Below, in pieces: positions 1-9,356 of a DNA stretch of 64,000 bases (position 1 is its first letter; each line of letters begins with the position of its first letter). The notes under the pieces are model-generated. The model was not told where the DNA came from, made no database searches, and worked only from the letters and a program-made list of their open reading frames with translations. Location: NCBI GenBank assembly GCA_040119075.1, contig JBEDTP010000030.1:1982-65981 (forward strand), given 5' to 3'. Source of the DNA: Flavobacterium sp. GTDB taxonomy: Bacteria > Bacteroidota > Bacteroidia > Flavobacteriales > Flavobacteriaceae. The position numbers and the translations under genes are program-made.

Positions 1-22
1 AATTTACTATAAAATTTTTTTC

Positions 23-337
23 ATGAAAAAAGTAATTATCATTTTAGCAGCATTAAGTTTAGGTTTAACTTCATTTTCTACAAAAGAAATATCTAAAACT
101 TTAATTGAAGTAAATGTAGGGGAAAGCTTTTCTCTTATCAACGACACAAAAGACAAAATATCTATTCATACAGGAACAGGTTTTGTTTCTTTAAACAAAG
201 GCTCAAAGACAAGTATTGGGTGTAATGTAGGTAAAGAAGTTAGCTGGGCTAAAAGTGGTAAAAAAGGAGATGTTATTTTTAAAATAACAAAAGACATGTG
301 TGGAGAAACGCTAAAGCTTTCTGAATTGATGAAATAA
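23..337 (+). CDS. Small secreted hypothetical protein
   Basis: 104 aa ORF with an MKK + hydrophobic signal peptide and two Cys; followed by a terminator hairpin. Confidence 0.75.
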   Translation: MKKVIIILAALSLGLTSFSTKEISKTLIEVNVGESFSLINDTKDKISIHTGTGFVSLNKGSKTSIGCNVGKEVSWAKSGKKGDVIFKITKDMCGETLKLSELMK

Positions 338-351
338 GGTTAGAAAAGATA

Positions 352-387
352 AATTAAAGTCTCGCAATTAGCGAGACTTTTTTATTT
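352..387 (+). terminator. Intrinsic terminator (copy 1 of a 3-copy hairpin family)
   Basis: AAAGTCTCGC-AATTA-GCGAGACTTT followed by a T-tract. Confidence 0.85.
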
Positions 388-574
388 AAAATTTAAGATT
401 TTCGGAATAAAAAATACACCTTAAAAACTGTGATTATTTATATATTTACTATAAGTTTTTTCTTAAAAACAAAGTTGTATAAGAATATGATGTGCTCTAT
501 ATTACTTCTATAAAAGCTTAATTTAGATAAAGGATTTTTAAACATAAGAACAAAATATTTTTTGGTCTTTTAAA

Positions 575-1735
575 GTGTATTTTATGATAAGCAAAACACC
601 TATTCTAGCTAAATTTGAGAATTTAGAAATTAAAAATCGTGAGTTGATTAATTTAAAAAAAGAGTTAGCCAGTGTTAAATCTGAATTTAATCAAATAGAA
701 AAATTCTTTACATTATCTATAGATCTTTTGTGTATAGCTGATGGAGAGTATTTTAAAAAAATAAACCCAGCTTTTATGAAAGTTTTAGGGTACAGTGAAG
801 AGGATCTATTAGGAAAACCATTTTTAGACTTTATTCACCCAGATGATATTCAATTAACTATAGCCGAAGTGGTGAAACTTCAACAAGGGATTCCAACTAT
901 TTATTTTGAAAACCGATACCGTTGTAAAGACGGCTCTTATAAATGGCTCTCGTGGACTTCTTCTCCAGTTGGAGATTTACTTTATGCAGTAGCTCATGAT
1001 ATTACAAATAGAAAAAATGCTGAAGCAGAGTTTCGAGAAATATTAACTACAAAGCTTTCAATTCAAAAAAGACAGTTGCTAAGTTTTGTACATATGACTT
1101 CTCATGACTTGAGAGGACCAGTGGGTAATATTCACTCACTTCTAAGTATGTATAAGGAATCAAATTCTGAAGAAGAGAAACAGTTTCTTTTTGAGAAGTT
1201 TGAAACGGTTGTGGTACATCTATCTGAAACCCTAAACAAATTAGTTGAAACCTTACAAATTAAAGAAGAAGAAAATAAAGAAAGGGAGATACTTCAGTTT
1301 AATGATTCATTTATTAAGGCTTATGAAATGCTTTCTGCCCAAATAATGGAAACGAAAGCAGAAGTTATTAGTGATTTTTCAAATGCAACTGAAGTTAATT
1401 ATCCTAAAATATACCTAGAGAGTATCATGCTTAATCTATTATCTAATGCATTGAAATACTCATCTAAAAAGAGAAATCCTAAAATTATTTTTAAAACATG
1501 CATCAAAAATGGGCAAACCATTTTAACTGTAACTGATAATGGATTAGGAATAGATTTAAATGTACACGGTAAGAAAATATTTGGATTACATAAAACATTC
1601 CATCGTGTTGAAAATGCTAAGGGAATAGGCTTGTTTATGACTAAAGCACAGGTTGAAGCAATGGGCGGTAAAATTTCTATAGAAAGCCAAGTAGACAAAG
1701 GAAGTGTTTTCAAAATAATTTTCAATGCAAAGTAA
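575..1735 (+). CDS. Cytoplasmic PAS-domain sensor histidine kinase (start may be ATG 584)
   Basis: PAS (FIHPDD...ENRYRCKDGSYKWLSW), H-box SHDLRGP, N-box NLLSNALKY, G-boxes DNGLG and GIGL. Confidence 0.92.
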   Translation: MYFMISKTPILAKFENLEIKNRELINLKKELASVKSEFNQIEKFFTLSIDLLCIADGEYFKKINPAFMKVLGYSEEDLLGKPFLDFIHPDDIQLTIAEVVKLQQGIPTIYFENRYRCKDGSYKWLSWTSSPVGDLLYAVAHDITNRKNAEAEFREILTTKLSIQKRQLLSFVHMTSHDLRGPVGNIHSLLSMYKESNSEEEKQFLFEKFETVVVHLSETLNKLVETLQIKEEENKEREILQFNDSFIKAYEMLSAQIMETKAEVISDFSNATEVNYPKIYLESIMLNLLSNALKYSSKKRNPKIIFKTCIKNGQTILTVTDNGLGIDLNVHGKKIFGLHKTFHRVENAKGIGLFMTKAQVEAMGGKISIESQVDKGSVFKIIFNAK

Positions 1736-1738
1736 ATA

Positions 1739-2155
1739 ATGAAAAAACAATTAATCATTTGTATTGTTGACGACGATGAAATTTATCAATTTGTTGCACG
1801 TAAAACAATAGAACAAATCAACTGTGTTAAAAAAATTTTAATGCATTCAGATGGAGAACAAGCTATTAACTTTCTAATAGATAATATTGCAAATAGCGTT
1901 GAACTTCCTGATGTGATTTTTTTAGATATAAATATGCCAATAATGGATGGTTGGGGTTTTTTAGCAGAGTATGTGAAATTGAAGCCACATATAGGAAAAA
2001 AAATAACTATCTATATGGTTACTTCTTCTGTTGATCCGGCAGATATTAAAAGAGCAAAACAGATAAGTGAAGTTTCAGATTATATAGTCAAACCTATTAC
2101 TTACGATAAAATTAAATCGGTTGTTGATGCTATGGAGCATGAAAGCGATTTATAG
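1739..2155 (+). CDS. Single-domain response regulator (CheY-like receiver)
   Basis: IVDDD, FLDINMPIMDG, TSS and KP receiver motifs; 3 bp after the kinase. Confidence 0.92.
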   Translation: MKKQLIICIVDDDEIYQFVARKTIEQINCVKKILMHSDGEQAINFLIDNIANSVELPDVIFLDINMPIMDGWGFLAEYVKLKPHIGKKITIYMVTSSVDPADIKRAKQISEVSDYIVKPITYDKIKSVVDAMEHESDL

Positions 2156-2183
2156 TTAGGATGTTCCATTATTTTCATCATTA

Positions 2184-2219
2184 AACTAAAGTTTCGTAAT
2201 TAGCGAAACTTTTTTATTT
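2184..2219 (+). terminator. Intrinsic terminator (copy 2 of hairpin family)
   Basis: AAAGTTTCGT-AATTA-GCGAAACTTT followed by a T-tract. Confidence 0.85.
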
Positions 2220-2306
2220 CTAATCTTTAGAAGAGAATATAGCCGTTTTAGAAAAAAATCAGATAACTTAACATAACTATTTTTATTTTTACTAAAATAT
2301 TAGGTC

Positions 2307-5213
2307 TTGATAAGAACATTTATATTATATATCCTCTTTTTTTCATGTTCTTTATTGGCACAAGAGCCAGTGGCTTTTCAGTTTTCGGAGAAAGATGGAT
2401 TACCTGACATTGAGTTTTATAATATTATTGAAGATAGCAGCGGTTTTATTTGGCTCGCTGCCGATAAAGGTTTTTATCGGTTTGATGGAAAAGAATTTAA
2501 AAATTACTCTAATAATGAGAAAAGAGGTTTGTCTGTTTTTGAACCTTTCGAAGATAAAAACGGACGAATTTGGTGTGTGAATATTTCAGGACAATTGTTT
2601 TATGTTGAAAAAGATAAGCTCATCACTTTTATTGATTTAGGCAAACAATTCAATGGAGAATTGGTCAAATATATTGTTACAGATGAAGATGTACTTGTCT
2701 TCTCAAGAAGCAAAATACTAAGTGTAAACTTAGATTCTAAAAGAGTCATAACAATTGCAGATTACTTGGTCTCTGTAGGTTCACCTTTTTATATTGACGG
2801 GAAAGTGATAGTTTGTATAGGCACTAATATTTATCAAATCAATAAAAATCGTTTAGAGAAAGTAGAATCTTTAAATTCAAAAGCTAAACTAATAAAAGAT
2901 GAAACCGAATCTGTTTTTTTTCAATTTCACAACAATTTATTTCTATTAAGGCAAAGTTTGGCTAAGGCTAATGAGCAAATTATATATTTTAAAACTTCGA
3001 ATTTCAATGAAATTTTAAAACCTAAAGAATTAATAGACAAAAGACTGAATTGTTTTTTTGAAAATGACAATTTAATTTGGTTTTGTACAAATGAGGGTGT
3101 TTATGTGTATTCTTTTGAAAATCAAAAATTTGTGTTCAATAAGAAAATTCTAGAAGGTGTTTTTGTAACCAAAATGATTGTTGATGAAAATGAAAATTAT
3201 TGGTTTACTTCTTTAAAATCTGGGGTTTATGTAATTCCAAATATAAATATAAGACAAGAAGAATTTTCTTTAGAATATGGAGGAATTAGCTGTATAGATA
3301 AGATTAATGAAGATGCTTTTGTTTTTGGGACTACAAATGGGAACGCAGGTATTTATAATGTTAAAAACAATATTATAAAAAAGATTAATTTAGTGTCGAA
3401 AAGCAAAGTAACTTCGGTAATGTTTAATCCGTTTGCTAATGCTATTTTTATTAGCCAAGAAGACAAATCGGGTGTTTTTAAAAACGAAAGTTATACCGTT
3501 AATAAAAGTTTCGTTAACGCAAAAAAACTATCAGTTATTAATTTGGATACATTTATTTACGCAACCTTTAATGGAGCTTTTGTAGTAAATAATCAAAAAA
3601 ATGAATCTAAACTTTTAGGAAATAAATTAAACTATAAAAGAACATATACGTCTTATTTTAGCCAAAAGAGCAAAAAATCGTATGTTGGTTACGTTGATGA
3701 TTTGGTAGTTTATAATGTTAAATTAAAGCCAAAAAAAATAAAGCATAAAGAGAAATCTATTTTTGCTATTTCACTTACTGAAACAAAAAACGGTATTGTT
3801 TGGGTTTCTACATTTAAAGATGGAATTTTTGGAATTGTAAATGATAAAGTAATAATTAATTTAAATGAATTTAATGGATTAATTTCTAATCAAACAGGAG
3901 TCATTAAAGCAGATGAAAACTTAATTTGGATAGCTACAGACAAAGGTATTCAATTGTATGACTCTAACAATAAATCATTTAAATCTCTAACAAAAACGGA
4001 TGGTATTTTTTCCTATAATATAACGGGTATTGAAGTTTTCAAAGAAGAGGTAATTTTTTCTTCAAATACGGGCCTTCTGTTTGTAGACAAAGAAAAGGTT
4101 TTCAAGCAGTCACAAACGGCTTCTATTTATTTTACAAGTGTTGAAGTTAATGAAGAGTTATTAAAACTAAAAAAAAGTTACGAATGGGATTATGATAGTA
4201 AATCTGTAAAATTTAGTTTCAACACTAACGGATTTAAAAGTAATGAGAAATATCAATATAAATATCGATTAATAGGACATAACAATAAATGGATAACGCT
4301 TGATAAAGGTGTAGATTTTGTAAAATACAACAGCTTGCCAACAGGAAATTACATTTTTCAAATTGCTTACTTACAAGATAAAGATACAGTAAAACCACAA
4401 GAAATTCATTTTGAAATAAAGAGTCCATTTTGGCAAAAATGGTGGTTTTATCTCATTATAATAGTGCTAGTTATAAGTTTAAGTATTCTTTATTTCAATG
4501 TAAAACTGCAAAACTTAAAGGAAAAACAAGAAGAGGCTTTGCAAAAAGAACTCATCAGTAAAAAACTAGTTTTATCTCAATTAGAAGCTTTGCGCTCACA
4601 AATGAACCCGCATTTTATATTTAATGCTTTAAATTCTATTCAGGAGTATATCGTTTTCAACAATAAAGAACTGGCAAGTAGTTACCTTATTAAATTTTCA
4701 AGATTAATTAGAATATATTTAGAGCACAGTCAGCAAAATGAGATTGTTTTAAAAGAAGAAATAAGCGCACTTAAAATATATTTAGAGTTAGAGAAAGTTA
4801 GGTTTGAAGATGTTTTAGATTACGATTTACAAATTGATGAAAGTCTCTCTTTAGAGCAAATAAAAATACCTTCCTTATTTATTCAGCCTTATGTAGAAAA
4901 TGCAATAAAACATGGTCTTTTACACAAACTTAACGATAGAATGCTAAAAGTTACTTTTCGAAGAGGAAACAATGAAGGTTATTTAATTTGCACCATTGAA
5001 GACAACGGAATTGGAAGAAGTGCCTCACTTGAAATTAACAAAAATAAAACGGTTCAACATCAATCTTTTGCGACTTCAGCAAATGAAAAAAGATTAGAAT
5101 TGATTAATTTAGATAGAGCTGAAAAAATTGTTGTTGAAATAGTAGATTTATATTCAAATAATAATGAATCAAAAGGCACAAAAGTTATAATTAAAATACC
5201 ATTAAATAAATAA
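2307..5213 (+). CDS. LytS-type membrane histidine kinase with periplasmic beta-propeller and Y_Y_Y domain
   Basis: Signal peptide, IW/GL propeller repeats, YKYRL, TM helix after PFWQKWWF, LRSQMNPHFIFNALNSI, QPYVENAIKHG, EDNGIG. Confidence 0.92.
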   Translation: MIRTFILYILFFSCSLLAQEPVAFQFSEKDGLPDIEFYNIIEDSSGFIWLAADKGFYRFDGKEFKNYSNNEKRGLSVFEPFEDKNGRIWCVNISGQLFYVEKDKLITFIDLGKQFNGELVKYIVTDEDVLVFSRSKILSVNLDSKRVITIADYLVSVGSPFYIDGKVIVCIGTNIYQINKNRLEKVESLNSKAKLIKDETESVFFQFHNNLFLLRQSLAKANEQIIYFKTSNFNEILKPKELIDKRLNCFFENDNLIWFCTNEGVYVYSFENQKFVFNKKILEGVFVTKMIVDENENYWFTSLKSGVYVIPNINIRQEEFSLEYGGISCIDKINEDAFVFGTTNGNAGIYNVKNNIIKKINLVSKSKVTSVMFNPFANAIFISQEDKSGVFKNESYTVNKSFVNAKKLSVINLDTFIYATFNGAFVVNNQKNESKLLGNKLNYKRTYTSYFSQKSKKSYVGYVDDLVVYNVKLKPKKIKHKEKSIFAISLTETKNGIVWVSTFKDGIFGIVNDKVIINLNEFNGLISNQTGVIKADENLIWIATDKGIQLYDSNNKSFKSLTKTDGIFSYNITGIEVFKEEVIFSSNTGLLFVDKEKVFKQSQTASIYFTSVEVNEELLKLKKSYEWDYDSKSVKFSFNTNGFKSNEKYQYKYRLIGHNNKWITLDKGVDFVKYNSLPTGNYIFQIAYLQDKDTVKPQEIHFEIKSPFWQKWWFYLIIIVLVISLSILYFNVKLQNLKEKQEEALQKELISKKLVLSQLEALRSQMNPHFIFNALNSIQEYIVFNNKELASSYLIKFSRLIRIYLEHSQQNEIVLKEEISALKIYLELEKVRFEDVLDYDLQIDESLSLEQIKIPSLFIQPYVENAIKHGLLHKLNDRMLKVTFRRGNNEGYLICTIEDNGIGRSASLEINKNKTVQHQSFATSANEKRLELINLDRAEKIVVEIVDLYSNNNESKGTKVIIKIPLNK

Positions 5214-5216
5214 AAC

Positions 5217-5969
5217 ATGAAGGTGATTATTATTGATGATGAAAATAAATCAAGAAGACTTTTAGAAGCGATGTTGCTAAATATTTCAACAGAAATTGAT
5301 GTAATTTTACAAGCCTCTGATTTAGAATCTGGAGTAGCTTTAATTAAGTCAGAAGAGCCACAAATCGTTTTTTTGGATATTGAAATGCCAAAATATTCCG
5401 GTCTTCAAATCATGGAGTTTTTCAATAATCAAGAGGTTAATTTTCAAATTATTTTCATCACGGCTTATAACCAATATGCAATCGAAGCATTTAAACTTTC
5501 AGCAATCGATTATTTATTAAAACCGCTAGATGTAGAAGAATTAAAGCCTGCATTAGCAAAAGCAATCCAAGTAAGTAAACAAAAAGGCATCAATACAAAA
5601 TTAGAAGATTTAAAGAAGGCTTTTCAACAACTTTCCTTAAATAAAATTGCATTAGAGATTCCGAAGGGTTTTATTTTTGTTTCACACGATGAGGTGTTGT
5701 TTTTTGAGGCTGATGGTATGTATACAAAAGTACATTTGCAAAATAATAAAACCGAACTTATTTGTAAACCCATAAAACATTTTGTAGACCAGTTAGAAAA
5801 TAATGCATTTTTTTACAAACCACATCGTTCTTTTTTAATCAATTTAAAGCATATAAAAGAGTTGTCTAAAAAAGATGGTTATTTTTTAGTAATGGAGAAT
5901 AATAAAACGATTCCAGTTTCTAAAGAAAAGAAGGAAGAGTTCATTAAAATCATTCAACAAGTTTTTTGA
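5217..5969 (+). CDS. LytTR-family response regulator
   Basis: Receiver (IIDDE, FLDIEMP, TAY, YLLKP) plus LytTR domain (EADGMYT, HRSFLINL). Confidence 0.93.
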   Translation: MKVIIIDDENKSRRLLEAMLLNISTEIDVILQASDLESGVALIKSEEPQIVFLDIEMPKYSGLQIMEFFNNQEVNFQIIFITAYNQYAIEAFKLSAIDYLLKPLDVEELKPALAKAIQVSKQKGINTKLEDLKKAFQQLSLNKIALEIPKGFIFVSHDEVLFFEADGMYTKVHLQNNKTELICKPIKHFVDQLENNAFFYKPHRSFLINLKHIKELSKKDGYFLVMENNKTIPVSKEKKEEFIKIIQQVF

Positions 5970-5975
5970 AAATTT

Positions 5976-6007
5976 CCATTTAGAAAAAAAACCGAACCAT
6001 TCAGAAA
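5976..6007 (+). promoter_or_regulatory. Putative LytTR operator (direct repeat, 21-bp period)
   Basis: CCATTTAGAAA at 5976 and CCATTCAGAAA at 5997; -7-like CATCTTTG at 6037-6044; directly downstream of the LytTR gene. Confidence 0.65.
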
Positions 6008-6072
6008 GAAAAAATAAATAGAGAGTGTATTTCTTACATCTTTGTTCTCATAAATTATTTAAAATACAAATT

Positions 6073-8367
6073 ATGAGATTGTTTTTACTTTTATGCTTTT
6101 TAACTTTTTCTTCTGTTTTTTCTCAAATTCCTACCACAAATTTAAACGGACAATATAAATTTACTGGCGGAGCACTAAATGACTCCTTTGGAACAAATCA
6201 CCTTGCTCAAACAGGTACAGCGTTAACTTCAATTGCGGACAGATTTAATACTGCTTCAAACGCAGTGAATTTATCGGGAGATTATTTACAAAGAAGTGCG
6301 CTTCCAAATGCTACAGCAACAAGTTTTAGTTTTTGGGTAAAAACATCAACAAATGATGCAGTTATTAAAACAATACTTGACCAAACAGAAAGAACAAGTG
6401 ATGCAAACTTAACAGCAAATAGAGGTTGGTATGCGTATTTAAGAAATGGGAAAGTAGGATTGTTTAGCAACTTTTTATACAATTATCAAGATGCTTCAAC
6501 TGGCTCAACCATAACTGGCAATACGGGTTATTATGACCTAACATCTGCAACTACTATTTCTGATAATAATTGGCATCATATCGTAATTACTATTAAAAGT
6601 AGAACTTACTTTTGGCAAGGAAGCAATTGGGTTTTAGAAAATGAATATAATATCTATATCGATAATGTTTTGGAGAACACATATATCCATTATAAACATG
6701 CTTCAACAGGCTGGGCTAATAATCCAAACACTTTTCCAAATGTATCAGTAACTATTGGAAATAATCATTTAGGAAATTTAAATTCTGTTAATAAGTATGA
6801 AGATGGAATAGATGATATTCGAATTTATTCAGGTTACTTGTTAACTCCATCAGATGTAAATAGTTTGTTTTTAGAAAATCCTTTAACTCGACTTTATGTA
6901 GATGCAAATGCAACGGGGAACAATAATGGATCTTCATGGGCAAATGCTTATACAAGCTTACATACAGCATTGAGTGCAGGTGCAAATAAAGACATTTGGT
7001 TAAAATCAGGCACATACAAACCACATCCTACAAATAGAGGAACATATTTTACAGTACTAGCAGGATCTAAATTATATGGAGGTTTTGATGGAACGGAATC
7101 AGAACTTTCAGACCGTGTTTTTGGAATGAACGAAACAATATTATCTGGAGATTTATTCAGTAATGATGACAATAATACTACGTATGTTAACACAACTCGA
7201 GATGATAATAGTTATACGGTATTATATCTATTAGGAGATGATGTTGAGATAAATGGATTAACAATAACCGCAGGGCATGCAAATGGAGGAGCTGGTTCTG
7301 CTACTGAAGCTAGATATGGAGCAGGTATTTATAAAAACGGAAGCACAAGAAATGTAACTATTAATAATTGTAAAATAACTAAAAATGTGTCTAAAGAAGC
7401 CGGTGGGGCAATGAGTGCTGGTTTTACAGCCTCAGGAGGCATTGGGTCTTTAATAATTAACAATTGTCAACTTTCAGAAAACTTATCTGCTATTGGTGGT
7501 GTTATATATTCAGCAAATACCGGTAATTCAACGGTTACCTATACTATTTCTAATTCTTTATTTAATAAAAATAAAGTTATGGATACAAATGCTGCTGCAA
7601 CAGGTTATGCAGGTAGCTCTATGTGGTTACGTTCTTATGGTAGCGGTTCTACTTTAGTGTCAAACTTTGCAAACTGTACATTTGTTGATAATGTTGATGA
7701 AGGTACCGCTTCAGGAATGAATAATACAAATAGAACTACACTTACCCTAACAAAAAATACAGGTGCTAATCACACCACTAATATTTCAAACTGTATTTTT
7801 TGGAATAATAAAGCAGCTTCAACAACAGCTAGACCTATTGGAGGGTATATTGAAAGTATGATTTCTTCAGCTACGATTAAAAACTCGATTGATGAAACAA
7901 ATTTTACTGGAATTACATTAAGCGGAACATCAGCCAATAATAGCGCATCTAATCCATTATTCACAAACGCAATTAGTGGAGATTATACATTAAGTACAGG
8001 TTCACCAGCGATAAACTCAGGCGACAACGCTAGTGTAATTGGAACAACAGACTTATTAGGAAATCAAAGAATATACAATATAACAGTCGATTTAGGTGCT
8101 TATGAATTTGGTTCTACGGTTTTAGGCAACGAAAATTTTTCTTCGTTCCAAGACTTCACAATATATCCAAATCCAGCAGTTTCCATTTTGAATATCAATT
8201 CAAGAGATGAAATAAGTTCTGTTGAAATTTATTCTATTGAAGGTAAAAGAATTTTAATTTCTCAACTTGCGCAAGTTGATGTTTCTCATTTAACTTCAGG
8301 AATATATTTAGTGAAAATTATAACTCTTGATAGTAAAGTTGGAACTAGAAAATTTGTAAAACAATAA
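6073..8367 (+). CDS. T9SS type A secreted protein: LamG-like domain, beta-helix/choice-of-anchor Q region, CTD
   Basis: Signal peptide from ATG 6073; NNWHHIV and IDDIRIY (LamG); YVDANATGNNNGSSWANAY; SPAINSG...VDLGAYE; IYPNP...GIYLVKI...KFVKQ. Confidence 0.88.
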   Translation: MRLFLLLCFLTFSSVFSQIPTTNLNGQYKFTGGALNDSFGTNHLAQTGTALTSIADRFNTASNAVNLSGDYLQRSALPNATATSFSFWVKTSTNDAVIKTILDQTERTSDANLTANRGWYAYLRNGKVGLFSNFLYNYQDASTGSTITGNTGYYDLTSATTISDNNWHHIVITIKSRTYFWQGSNWVLENEYNIYIDNVLENTYIHYKHASTGWANNPNTFPNVSVTIGNNHLGNLNSVNKYEDGIDDIRIYSGYLLTPSDVNSLFLENPLTRLYVDANATGNNNGSSWANAYTSLHTALSAGANKDIWLKSGTYKPHPTNRGTYFTVLAGSKLYGGFDGTESELSDRVFGMNETILSGDLFSNDDNNTTYVNTTRDDNSYTVLYLLGDDVEINGLTITAGHANGGAGSATEARYGAGIYKNGSTRNVTINNCKITKNVSKEAGGAMSAGFTASGGIGSLIINNCQLSENLSAIGGVIYSANTGNSTVTYTISNSLFNKNKVMDTNAAATGYAGSSMWLRSYGSGSTLVSNFANCTFVDNVDEGTASGMNNTNRTTLTLTKNTGANHTTNISNCIFWNNKAASTTARPIGGYIESMISSATIKNSIDETNFTGITLSGTSANNSASNPLFTNAISGDYTLSTGSPAINSGDNASVIGTTDLLGNQRIYNITVDLGAYEFGSTVLGNENFSSFQDFTIYPNPAVSILNINSRDEISSVEIYSIEGKRILISQLAQVDVSHLTSGIYLVKIITLDSKVGTRKFVKQ

Positions 8368-8382
8368 TCTTAATTATAATAC

Positions 8383-8418
8383 AATTAAAGTCCTGCAATT
8401 AGCGGGACTTTTTTATAT
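8383..8418 (+). terminator. Intrinsic terminator (copy 3 of hairpin family)
   Basis: AAAGTCCTGC-AATTA-GCGGGACTTT followed by a T-tract. Confidence 0.85.
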
Positions 8419-8479
8419 GTTAATTTTTTTCGTAACATTTTTTTAATGCATCCGACTAATAAATAAAAAACACTCAATT

Positions 8480-9280
8480 ATGCAAGCACACGAAATAGAT
8501 TACCAAATTTTTGGTGAAGAAATGCAATATGTAGAAATAGAACTTGATCCGCAAGAAGTTGTGGTTGCTGAGGCGGGGAGTTTTATGATGATGGACAACG
8601 GAATAAAAATGGAAACTATTTTTGGAGATGGAAGCCAACAAGAAGGTGGGATTTTCGGAAAACTATTGTCTGCTGGAAAACGTGTTTTAACTGGGGAAAG
8701 TTTGTTTATGACGGCGTACCAAAATATTGAATATGGTAAGAAAAAAGTATCTTTTGCATCACCTTATCCTGGAAAAATCGTACCAATTGATTTGAATAAA
8801 TATGGAGGAAAATTCGTTTGCCAAAAAGATGCATTTTTATGTGCGGCAAAAGGTGTTTCTGTAGGAATTGACTTTTCAAGAAAACTTGGTCGTGGACTTT
8901 TTGGTGGTGAGGGTTTTATTATGCAAAAATTAGAAGGAGACGGAATGGCTTTTGTTCACGCAGGTGGTACATTGGCAAGAAGAGAATTACAAGCTGGTGA
9001 AGTTTTAAAAGTAGATACAGGTTGTATTGTTGGTTTTACCAAAGACATCAACTACGATATTGAATTCGTTGGAGGAATTAAAAATACATTGTTTGGTGGC
9101 GAAGGTGTTTTCTTTGCTACGCTTCGTGGACCAGGAATTGCTTATATACAATCGTTACCATTTAGCCGATTAGCCGATAGGATTATTCAATCTGCACCAC
9201 AAATGGGCGGAAAAGATAAAGGAGAAGGAAGTTTACTTGGTGGACTTGGAAATCTTTTAGATGGTGACAATAGGTTTTAG
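8480..9280 (+). CDS. TIGR00266/AIM24 family protein
   Basis: [30 protein letters not shown] repeats, [10 protein letters not shown]-like C-terminal motif. Confidence 0.9.
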   Translation: MQAHEIDYQIFGEEMQYVEIELDPQEVVVAEAGSFMMMDNGIKMETIFGDGSQQEGGIFGKLLSAGKRVLTGESLFMTAYQNIEYGKKKVSFASPYPGKIVPIDLNKYGGKFVCQKDAFLCAAKGVSVGIDFSRKLGRGLFGGEGFIMQKLEGDGMAFVHAGGTLARRELQAGEVLKVDTGCIVGFTKDINYDIEFVGGIKNTLFGGEGVFFATLRGPGIAYIQSLPFSRLADRIIQSAPQMGGKDKGEGSLLGGLGNLLDGDNRF

Positions 9281-9300
9281 TTTTATAAATAAAAATGAAT

Positions 9301-9333
9301 AAAAAAATCCCGATTCATTGAATCGGGATTTTT
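9301..9333. terminator. Bidirectional terminator
   Basis: A7-TCCCGATTC-ATT-GAATCGGGA-T5 between convergent genes. Confidence 0.88.
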
Positions 9334-9356
9334 GCTTCTATCTAAATGAAAAAAAA

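Noticed and set aside
352-8418. The three hairpin repeats as a CRISPR array or integron attC sites
   Set aside because: Spacing is kilobases rather than 30-40 bp, there are no cas or intI genes, and no RYYYAAC/GTTRRRY ends; each has a U-tract like a terminator.
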